Shown here: one piece after another, positions 10,580 through 17,546 of the stretch
Position numbering within the stretch: position 1 is the stretch's first letter
How the letters are laid out: each line of letters begins with the position of its first letter
Assembly: GCA_036170655.1 (NCBI GenBank)
Contig: JAVHPP010000172.1
Span: forward strand, 1 to 25,753
DNA from: Candidatus Zixiibacteriota bacterium
GTDB lineage: Bacteria; Zixibacteria; MSB-5A5; WJJR01
Direction: 5' to 3'
DNA: 25,753 nt
The notes under the pieces: model-generated
The model's database searches: none
Told to the model about the DNA's origin: nothing
The model's input: the letters and a program-made list of their open reading frames with translations, nothing else
Translations under genes and position numbers: made by a program

Positions 10580-10649
10580 AATTTCATCGGGGCATACGCG
10601 TTTCCAAGAGCAAGAAGCAGGCATCACTTTCGCAATCCTCAGATTACTG

Positions 10650-11207
10650 TCAGGCGGCCTCATGGACCTTCAACATGCGTAACTGGTCACGTAGGCGCGA
10701 CAGATCGTGTCGCACAGAGCGATCGATGATTTCGCCGCCGATCATAATGACCACGCCACCGAGAATCCCCGGGTCGATTTCCGCTTTGTCCCGAACTGTT
10801 TTGCCGGTGATTCGCTCCAGACGTTCAACGATTCGCTTCTGTTCGTCCGGCGACAGGTGAACCGCGCTGGTAATAACTGCTTCGACGACACCCTGAGCGT
10901 CGTCCAACATCTGTCCATAGGCCACAATGATCTCCGGCAGATGCAGAACGCGGGCCCGGTCGACCAAGAACAGCACGAAGTCGCGCACGATCCTGCTGGA
11001 TACATCCTTCAGAACAGCGCGAACCAGATCGTGCTTTTCCTGATCAGGAACCTGCGGAGCAGTCAGAAAACCGAGGAATCGGCCATCCGCCGTCAGCGCG
11101 TCGCGCAGGGCGGAAAGATCATTCCAGACGGATGTCTCCACGCCCGACCGACGCGCCAGCTCAAACAGCGCGGCCGCATACTTCCTGGCGATTCCCGTTC
11201 CCGTCAT
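10650..11207 (-). CDS. atpH: ATP synthase F1 delta subunit
   Basis: IARKYAAALFELA, ITSAVHL, IDPGILGGVVIMIGGEIIDRSV; position between atpF and atpA. Confidence 0.96.
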   Translation of the reverse strand: MTGTGIARKYAAALFELARRSGVETSVWNDLSALRDALTADGRFLGFLTAPQVPDQEKHDLVRAVLKDVSSRIVRDFVLFLVDRARVLHLPEIIVAYGQMLDDAQGVVEAVITSAVHLSPDEQKRIVERLERITGKTVRDKAEIDPGILGGVVIMIGGEIIDRSVRHDLSRLRDQLRMLKVHEAA

Positions 11208-11225
11208 CAGACAACCCCGGCGCTC

Positions 11226-11726
11226 TCAGTTCATTCCGGACAAAGGCGCCTGCTCCAGCTCCTCGACAAACTTGGTGACGAGACGCCTTTGGGCGTCCGC
11301 ATCCAGCGACTGCCGGACGACGCGTTCCGTCGCGGTGATGGTCATGTCGACAATCTGATTCTTCAGTTCGACCCGCGCCTTGGCCAGATCACGCTGCAAG
11401 TCAGCGCGGGCCTTTTCGATGATTCGATGGGCCTCGCCACGGGCTTCTTCACGGATTTCACCAGCGATGCGTCGCCCATCGGTGATCGCTTCTTGAATCT
11501 TCTGGCGTGCCTCGGTCTCAATGTCTTTGAGCCGTGCGGCATATCGCGCAGCCGCTTCCTCGGCTTCACGGCGCTTATCGGCTGCTGCATCGAAATCGGC
11601 TTTGATGCGACGCCGTCGTTCCTCGAGGAGGCCCAACAGCGGCCCCCAAGCGTAGCGACGCAACACCCACAAGGCAATCAGGAAGCCAAGAATATGTGTC
11701 AGGATCTGCTGGATATCGACATTCAT
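11226..11726 (-). CDS. atpF: ATP synthase Fo b subunit
   Basis: N-terminal TM helix, AWGPLLGLLEERRRRI, long charged coiled coil; AAAGGA RBS. Confidence 0.95.
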   Translation of the reverse strand: MNVDIQQILTHILGFLIALWVLRRYAWGPLLGLLEERRRRIKADFDAAADKRREAEEAAARYAARLKDIETEARQKIQEAITDGRRIAGEIREEARGEAHRIIEKARADLQRDLAKARVELKNQIVDMTITATERVVRQSLDADAQRRLVTKFVEELEQAPLSGMN

Positions 11727-11744
11727 GCCAAGCGATTCCTTTCA

Positions 11745-11805
11745 CCGCCCAACAGGCGGCAAAATCCTGCGGCGGCAGACCGGATGCCGGTCACCACAGC
11801 CGCCG
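11745..11805 (-). other. Stem-loops in the atpE-atpF spacer
   Basis: CGGCGGC(11770-76)/GCCGCCG(11799-805) enclosing GACCGG/CCGGTC, plus CCGCC/GGCGG (11745-59). No U-tract. Confidence 0.6.
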
Positions 11806-11806
11806 T

Positions 11807-12040
11807 TTAGCTAATGCGTCCCTGCAGAATGAAGAACGCCACCAGCGCGTAGATGGTCAGCGCCTCGATCAGCGCGCAGCCAATGATCATGCCGGTTTGA
11901 ATCTTGCCAGCAGCTTCGGGCTGACGTCCCATGGCATCCATTGCGGCCGCCACGGCGCGCCCAAGACCGAAGGCCGAACCGATCGCAGCCAAGGCCAGAC
12001 CGAAGGGCAGTGCGAAAGACAATGCGGTTTTGAAGTCCAT
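11807..12040 (-). CDS. atpE: ATP synthase Fo c subunit (H+-type)
   Basis: Two TM helices, RQPE loop, catalytic Glu in ALIEALTIY. No Na+ signature (no Gln in helix 1, no E-S/T). Strong AAAAGGAG RBS. Confidence 0.97.
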   Translation of the reverse strand: MDFKTALSFALPFGLALAAIGSAFGLGRAVAAAMDAMGRQPEAAGKIQTGMIIGCALIEALTIYALVAFFILQGRIS

Positions 12041-12108
12041 GATAGGTCTCCTTTTGACTCTGTGGATTGATGATTACAACGACAGAATTCTCCCAATTCA
12101 CTCAGATA

Positions 12109-12966
12109 TCAATGATGCTCGTGTTCCTCGTCATGCCCGGCGATCATCATCGAGAAATACACGGTGGACAGAAGCGTGAACACCAGCGCCTGGATGGTGC
12201 CGGTCAAGAGCGCCAGAAAGATGAAGGGCAGATGCAGCGGGAGTCCGACTGGGGAATGCAGGAAACTGGTCGCGGCAACACCCAGACCGACAAACGCGGC
12301 GAGGAGAACGTCCTCGCCGGTGATATTCCCAAATAGACGTAACGAGAGTGACAGCGGTTTCGCCAGTTCTCCGATGATGTGGATCGGCAGATTCAACGGC
12401 ACGAGAATCCACTGCACGACGCTGCGCGGATTGCCCATGAGATGGTCGAAGTAGCCAGCGACACCCTGTGTCCTCAGACCCGCGTACTGGACATAGAGAA
12501 AGACACAAACCGCCAGCGCGATCGTCGTGTTGATGCCGTTCTTCCCGCCGGTCGGCGACATCATGCCCGGAATCAAGCCGAACATGTTCATGCACCAGAT
12601 ATAAATGAAGATAGTCCCCAGAAAAGGCGTGAAGCGGCGACCCTCAGGTCCCAAAATCCCGGCAAAGAAGTTGTCGAGCCCTTCCACCACCATCTCGAGG
12701 AGATTCTGCAGTTTCCCGGGCAGCATGGTATGACGACGGGTTGCCGCAAACGCGACAGCCGAGATGCCAATGGCGACCGTGAACGCGAAGACCACGTTTT
12801 CCCAGTGGTGCAGGAACTGGATGAACGCAACGTCGTGAAATCGGCTGGACAGCAGAGTGATGATGTTCGGCAACTCCGGCGCACCGGGCGGTTCTGGGGG
12901 CGCTTGCCCCTCACCATGTTCGATCACCGCCAGGAGCGGGTAGAGTATCGCCAGCAGAGATTGCAT
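12109..12966 (-). CDS. atpB: ATP synthase Fo a subunit
   Basis: PGKLQNLLE, NMFGLIP, KPLSLSLRLFGNI (essential Arg), IQALVFTLL..VY; His/Glu-rich tail. Confidence 0.97.
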   Translation of the reverse strand: MQSLLAILYPLLAVIEHGEGQAPPEPPGAPELPNIITLLSSRFHDVAFIQFLHHWENVVFAFTVAIGISAVAFAATRRHTMLPGKLQNLLEMVVEGLDNFFAGILGPEGRRFTPFLGTIFIYIWCMNMFGLIPGMMSPTGGKNGINTTIALAVCVFLYVQYAGLRTQGVAGYFDHLMGNPRSVVQWILVPLNLPIHIIGELAKPLSLSLRLFGNITGEDVLLAAFVGLGVAATSFLHSPVGLPLHLPFIFLALLTGTIQALVFTLLSTVYFSMMIAGHDEEHEHH

Positions 12967-12968
12967 CG

Positions 12969-13394
12969 TCAGATTCGCGATTGGATCGGCTCCCGAGACC
13001 CGGAATGACTCTCAGCGCTCCGGTCGTCAAGACGCAGAAACATGCGACCGGCCGCCTTCAGCACGACCACGACAAACAAGAGCGAGAATCCGATGAGTAG
13101 TGCAATCGGAGTGAACCACTCTGAACGCAGAACGAGATAACCGATCCCGTACAGCGCCGGGAACTTGATCGCGGCCAGGAGTAAAGCCCGGCGGCGATCC
13201 ACTGTGTTCGGCGTGAGGACAGCGGGGATGACACGGGTCAGCGCCCAGAAATTACCGATCCCCCATGCGCATCCAAAGAGGATGCCCAGCCCGAAGCGGG
13301 GTTGGTAGTACACCGCCACAAAGGCGAAGACCAGCACGCCGACAAAGGCGGTTGAGCGCAGAACGCGATGCAAAAACTCAAGACCCATTCGCAA
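12969..13394 (-). CDS. atpI: ATP synthase accessory protein I (4 TM)
   Basis: Four hydrophobic helices, directly upstream of atpB. Confidence 0.8.
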   Translation of the reverse strand: MRMGLEFLHRVLRSTAFVGVLVFAFVAVYYQPRFGLGILFGCAWGIGNFWALTRVIPAVLTPNTVDRRRALLLAAIKFPALYGIGYLVLRSEWFTPIALLIGFSLLFVVVVLKAAGRMFLRLDDRSAESHSGSREPIQSRI

Positions 13395-13403
13395 AAGTTT
13401 CGG

Positions 13404-13652
13404 TTAGCTATCCTTGGACTCGGTATCGCGTGACGCTTTCTGGATCAGACTCCAGACCTCTTTGCCCGCCGCGACAAACCCCAAAACAATGAAGACCACC
13501 ATCAAGTACGGGTCGGTCCCCAAACGACCGTCGAGCCAGTGACCAATCAGATACCCGATCAGCGGACCGAACATGAGGATAAACGGAATGGCGGTCAAGA
13601 ATCCAATTGACCGCAGCCGCCGGCCTGCGTCCCCGCTGTTCGGTCGTGTCAT
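13404..13652 (-). CDS. atpZ: AtpZ/AtpI family (ATPase gene 1) small membrane protein
   Basis: G..IG.WLD..LGT.P......G...G pattern, two TM helices, first gene of the atp operon. Start at ATG 13652 (MTRPNSG). Confidence 0.85.
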   Translation of the reverse strand: MTRPNSGDAGRRLRSIGFLTAIPFILMFGPLIGYLIGHWLDGRLGTDPYLMVVFIVLGFVAAGKEVWSLIQKASRDTESKDS

Positions 13653-13693
13653 CGCCGACCGTGATTCCCTTCGCTTTGTCCGCCCCGCTGCAT

Positions 13694-13711
13694 TTGTGAC
13701 GAATTTCCCAA
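13694..13711. promoter_or_regulatory. Rex-like operator in the atp operon leader
   Basis: TTGTGAC-GAAT-TTCCCAA, 2 mismatches to TTGTGAA-N4-TTCACAA, between the putative promoter and atpZ. Confidence 0.5.
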
Positions 13712-13735
13712 GTAGGGCGTCCAAAGCGAAACGAC

Positions 13736-13765
13736 AATATCCTCGCTGGTGGAGCACGAAGTCAA
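13736..13765 (-). promoter_or_regulatory. Putative sigma70 promoter of the atp operon
   Basis: TTGACT-18 bp-GATATT. Confidence 0.45.
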
Positions 13766-13850
13766 GGAATTTTGCCCTAATTCACGCGGTGCCGAAGTGA
13801 CTCATATTAAAGGTAACCCAAGTGGGTTCAGTTGCGGGGTCGGGGTGAAT

Positions 13851-14137
13851 CGATGCCTCATGTTTCATGTCACCGAAAGGAGCATGGGACATGGGAATTG
13901 GTTCCCGCAAAGAATACCTGGCCGCGATCCGCGAGCGGTACCGTATCGCCGGCCGCCGCGCCAAGACGGCCATCCTCGATGAATTCTGCACGATTTGCCA
14001 GTACAACCGCAAGTACACCATCCGGCTGCTCGCGCGCCGCAAGCGGCATCGGCCACGGCCGCGCGGCCCCAAGCCCGTCTATGACGGCCCCGTGCTTGAG
14101 CACCTGAAGGCCCTGTGGCGCGCCACCGATCAGATGT
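13851..14137 (+). mobile_element. Truncated IS remnant: left end plus 5' part (about 82 codons from ATG 13891) of an rve/DDE integrase-like transposase
   Basis: SRKEYLAAIRERY..A.R..KTAILDEFC.ICQYNRKYTIRLL...GPKPVY....LKALWRATDQM matches, from recall, the N-terminal HTH region of a widespread integrase-core transposase group. AAAGGAG RBS. CGATGCCTCATGTTTCATGTCACCGAA resembles the end sequence of such elements. Similarity stops at about 14137. IS family not confidently assigned. Confidence 0.8.
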
Positions 14138-14229
14138 TGCGTGGTCGTTGTCCCTGCGGTCCAGCCCAGAAGCAGGCCGCTCACTACAACTACCCAAAGC
14201 AATGCTCTTTTGTGAAATCTCGAGATCAT
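14137..14229 (-). pseudogene. 5' stub of a secreted-protein gene (signal peptide only), truncated at the IS junction
   Basis: GAAGGAGGG RBS, then MISRFHKRALLWVVVVSGLLLGWTAGTTTTQ (n-, h- and c-regions). The reading frame then continues into the antisense strand of the transposase. Confidence 0.6.
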
Positions 14230-14321
14230 GGCCCATTCCCTCCTTCACTGATCTCGCCCCCCTGTCGATTCAGCACACCAACTGCAACTCACCCGATGCT
14301 CTCCACCTCCTTTCGAGCGCC

Positions 14322-15692
14322 TCAGAACCGGCACCCATCCGGCCCGTTCCTGAAACAGTAGTTGATGTTCCAGACCACATCGGCGGCATCGACGGTGTCG
14401 TTACAGTCCTCATCATAGGTGTCTGGATCACACACCGGACCACCGCCGTAGACATGATCGATCACGCGCACGATGTCCAGCACATCGAAGTACACCGTCG
14501 ACGCGGCATAATAGAGCAGCCTGTGGCTCCGATCGTCCATTGCCTCCTCTAACACGGTGCGCGCCTGGTCAAACCGGTCCAACACCAGGGCAGCCTCCCA
14601 CACCCGATAGTCGGGAACACTCCCGAAGTGAAAGGGTCCGCTGACCCAGGCTCCCGACGAATTCGACGCGTAGTACATCCAGGGCGCCTGGTCCTGCTCG
14701 TCACCCCATTTGTACCAGACATGGGCATGCCCCGCGCAATCCACCATCAGTCTGCCGACACCCGCATGGTCGAAGAGTTGGTACCACGGATCGAACACCC
14801 TGGAACCGGGTGGCCGGCGCGTGTAGAACAGCCGGTGGATGAACATGCACCCGAAACAATCTTCCCCGATGAACAGAACATGCAGGGACCCGTCTGGACC
14901 GAAACGCATGTCCGCCACGCCGTAGACGCCCGGTGGAGTGTCGATCGAGTCGGCCGTCCAGATCGTGTCGCCGCGCGAACGGTTGGCCGTAAAGACCGGA
15001 TACTCATCGCGCCGGAGGTAATAGGAAATCAAGGCGCGCCCGGAGGGTTCCACCAGCAGGAGCGGAGCCAGGCCGACCTCGGTAACGATCTGCTTATGCC
15101 ACACCCCCGAAGTGTTCTCCGCGTACATGACGCGGAAGATGGGATCCCAATGATCATTCTTCACCAGATCCGGCCAGACGACGTGGAATCCCCCGAGTGA
15201 GTCGACACCGATGTCGACCCGCTCCCAAGGTGGCCAGGGTCCCGTGGTCGACTGCGTGATCGTGTCCACAGACCACTGGTCCGCGCCGAAATCGTAGGTC
15301 GCGTGCACGAGGTAATTGCCTCTTTCCAAGTACAGAAACTCCGGTCTATCGTCAGGACCAACGACCACTCCGGCATGAGGCTCGATCGTTGGGGAGGCCG
15401 GCAGGCGAATCTCAGGGCTCCATGGCTGCCCTGGGTCTTTGTACATGAAGTAGAGCCTCCCGCCCGGATCCCGCGTGTAGATAACATAGGCCCGAGACTT
15501 GCTGTCCAGAGCCAAGCCATCGGTCTCACCCGGTGCGTACGGCAGCGCCACCCACTGCGAATCGGTGGTAATGACTTCGATTTGCGCCCCATCCCAGATG
15601 CCACGGGCAGCGGCCTGTGCGGGAAGCAGGCTGAGCACAAGGGCAACCCCAAACAGGCATTGCCGGCCAAAAGAGGAACACTTGGAAGCCAT
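14322..15692 (-). CDS. Secreted hypothetical protein: seven-repeat beta-propeller plus C-terminal dockerin-like module
   Basis: Signal peptide ending PAQAAA. Seven repeats of the type hhhD.xG..Hh.Y ... hhY....G.W. Tail DVLDIVRVIDHVYGGGP...DEDCNDTVDAADVVWNINYCFRNGP. Confidence 0.8.
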   Translation of the reverse strand: MASKCSSFGRQCLFGVALVLSLLPAQAAARGIWDGAQIEVITTDSQWVALPYAPGETDGLALDSKSRAYVIYTRDPGGRLYFMYKDPGQPWSPEIRLPASPTIEPHAGVVVGPDDRPEFLYLERGNYLVHATYDFGADQWSVDTITQSTTGPWPPWERVDIGVDSLGGFHVVWPDLVKNDHWDPIFRVMYAENTSGVWHKQIVTEVGLAPLLLVEPSGRALISYYLRRDEYPVFTANRSRGDTIWTADSIDTPPGVYGVADMRFGPDGSLHVLFIGEDCFGCMFIHRLFYTRRPPGSRVFDPWYQLFDHAGVGRLMVDCAGHAHVWYKWGDEQDQAPWMYYASNSSGAWVSGPFHFGSVPDYRVWEAALVLDRFDQARTVLEEAMDDRSHRLLYYAASTVYFDVLDIVRVIDHVYGGGPVCDPDTYDEDCNDTVDAADVVWNINYCFRNGPDGCRF

Positions 15693-15873
15693 GGCGCCGT
15701 TCCAACCCCGATGTCCGCCCTAGGTGCTCGTACTCTGAGCATAATATGTCATTTGCCCGCCAAAGCGCATGGGGTTTATCTGTGCTTGTTTCTTGATTGA
15801 TTCTGAAGGAGCAAACGCGGCACACGGTCCGGGCACCGCCCCTGAACCGCTCGGCTACTGCCCAGTGGCCGGG

Positions 15874-16944
15874 CTACGCCGGTCTTTTGGCAAGGAGCGC
15901 TTCCAATTCCGCGACACGCCGTTCCATGGCCCGGATCGTCTTCACTTGCTCGGGGAGCGAGTACATCGCGGCGATGATGCGCTTTTGGCGTGCAAGCTCG
16001 ACGGCGGGCGAGCCAAAATACTGCGCCCCCGGGGCAATCGATTTGGCCACGCCGGACTGGGCCGCCACGACCGCCCCGGCGCCGATTTCGATGTGCCCGA
16101 CGACGCCGACCTGCCCGGCCAGCGTGACATGGTCCTTGAGCTTGGTGGAGCCGGAGATGCCAACCTGAGAAACGATAATGCAGTCTTCCCCAATTTGCAC
16201 GTTGTGCGCGATCTGCACAAGATTGTCAATCTTGGTCCCACGGCCGATCACCGTCTGACCCATCGTCGCGCGGTCGATGGTGCAGCAGGCGCCAATCTCG
16301 ACATCGTCACCGATGGTGACCCCCCCGACCTGCGGGATCTTCTGGTGCCGTCCCTCGTATGTCGCGTAACCGAAGCCATCCGCTCCGATCACCGTGCCCG
16401 GGTGGATGCGAACACGATCGCCCAGCACGCAGTCGTTCAGAACCGTGACGGCAGGCCCCAGCATGCACCCGGCGCCGATCACTGAACGGGCGCCGACGAA
16501 AGACCCGGCCAGGATCACCGCTCCCGCGCCCAGCGACACGTCATCTTCGATGACGCAGTTTGGTCCCACGTACACACCATCGGTCAGTCGCACGCGCCGT
16601 CCGATGCGGGCCGAGCGATCCACCCCAGGGTCCGGCGGCGGCGGGGGCGGATGAAAAAGACGCAGCGACTGCAAAAAGGCGAAGTATGGTCTGTCGTGGA
16701 CCAATAGCGCCACGTGACGAGCCAGACCCGCCTGTTCGTCTCGAGAACCCTCCGCGTCGGGAGAAACAATCACCGCTGCTGCTTGGGTTGTTTTCAGATG
16801 GGGAAAATATCTGGGATTCGCCAGAAACGTCAACTCGCTGGGTCCAGCCTCGTCGATGCCGGACACGCCGGTAATGACCACGTCGCCATCACCAACGAGC
16901 CGGGCCTGCAGACGCCGGGCGAGATCCTCGAGCGTGAACGTCAT
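15874..16944 (-). CDS. lpxD: UDP-3-O-(3-hydroxyacyl)glucosamine N-acyltransferase
   Basis: LTFLANPRY, hexapeptide repeats, [45 protein letters not shown] overlap with skp. Confidence 0.97.
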   Translation of the reverse strand: MTFTLEDLARRLQARLVGDGDVVITGVSGIDEAGPSELTFLANPRYFPHLKTTQAAAVIVSPDAEGSRDEQAGLARHVALLVHDRPYFAFLQSLRLFHPPPPPPDPGVDRSARIGRRVRLTDGVYVGPNCVIEDDVSLGAGAVILAGSFVGARSVIGAGCMLGPAVTVLNDCVLGDRVRIHPGTVIGADGFGYATYEGRHQKIPQVGGVTIGDDVEIGACCTIDRATMGQTVIGRGTKIDNLVQIAHNVQIGEDCIIVSQVGISGSTKLKDHVTLAGQVGVVGHIEIGAGAVVAAQSGVAKSIAPGAQYFGSPAVELARQKRIIAAMYSLPEQVKTIRAMERRVAELEALLAKRPA

Positions 16945-17525
16945 TTCAGTTTCGACAATTCCTCAAACACCTGGTCGGTCAGATCGAGCTTGTCTTTGGC
17001 GTACATGATCGGGCTGAACTGGATTCCCGTTGGGCTTGTATAGGTTTGCGATCCATTGAGTACAAAGTCGAGATCTTCGCCGATGGCAATCTTCTGAACC
17101 ACATCCTGGATCTTCTTCAAAATGGGGGCCGTGAGTTCGGCACGCCGGCGCTCGGCATCGCCTTCATACTTGGCCTTTGCCTGCAACAGGTTTTGCTCCA
17201 TCGCTCCGAGCTCCTCCTCACGTGTCTTCTTCGTGGCGTCGGAGAGCAACAGCCGCTGTTTTTTGTAATCCTCGAGCTTGGTGAAGTATTCGGACTGCAT
17301 GCTGTCGAATTCCGCCTCCCACACTTGGGCATCCTTCTGGAAGAGATTCTCCGCATCCTTGAATTCCTTGTACTCGCCGAAGATCTTGTCCAGATCAACC
17401 CAGCCAATTTTCCCCGATTGGGCGTGTGCCTGCACACTGAGCGCCACCACCAGACCCAAGGCGCATACAAAGGAACGGGAGCAACATACCAAGAGTGAGT
17501 TCTCGCGCATTTTCCTCTCCATCAT
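16941..17525 (-). CDS. skp: OmpH/Skp periplasmic chaperone
   Basis: Signal peptide ending AHA-Q, KIGWVD, coiled coil, [16 protein letters not shown]; between bamA and lpxD. Exact start uncertain (17525/17522/17510). Confidence 0.92.
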   Translation of the reverse strand: MMERKMRENSLLVCCSRSFVCALGLVVALSVQAHAQSGKIGWVDLDKIFGEYKEFKDAENLFQKDAQVWEAEFDSMQSEYFTKLEDYKKQRLLLSDATKKTREEELGAMEQNLLQAKAKYEGDAERRRAELTAPILKKIQDVVQKIAIGEDLDFVLNGSQTYTSPTGIQFSPIMYAKDKLDLTDQVFEELSKLK

Positions 17526-17546
17526 GATTAAAAGTCTCTGGCAGCC

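Noticed and set aside
10707..11810. 367-aa plus-strand ORF
   Set aside because: Antisense to atpH/atpF; no domain features.
11807..12040. Na+-translocating or N-type ATPase
   Set aside because: The c subunit lacks the Gln and E-S/T ligands, and gene order is the standard F-type, not atpDC-QRBEFAG.
13867..14361. Intact 164-aa gene
   Set aside because: Only the first about 85 residues are transposase-like; the remainder is read-through across the junction into unrelated DNA.
16625..16654. Poly-proline run in LpxD ([10 protein letters not shown])
   Set aside because: Falls in the normally Pro-rich linker before the beta-helix; frame intact and codons mixed.
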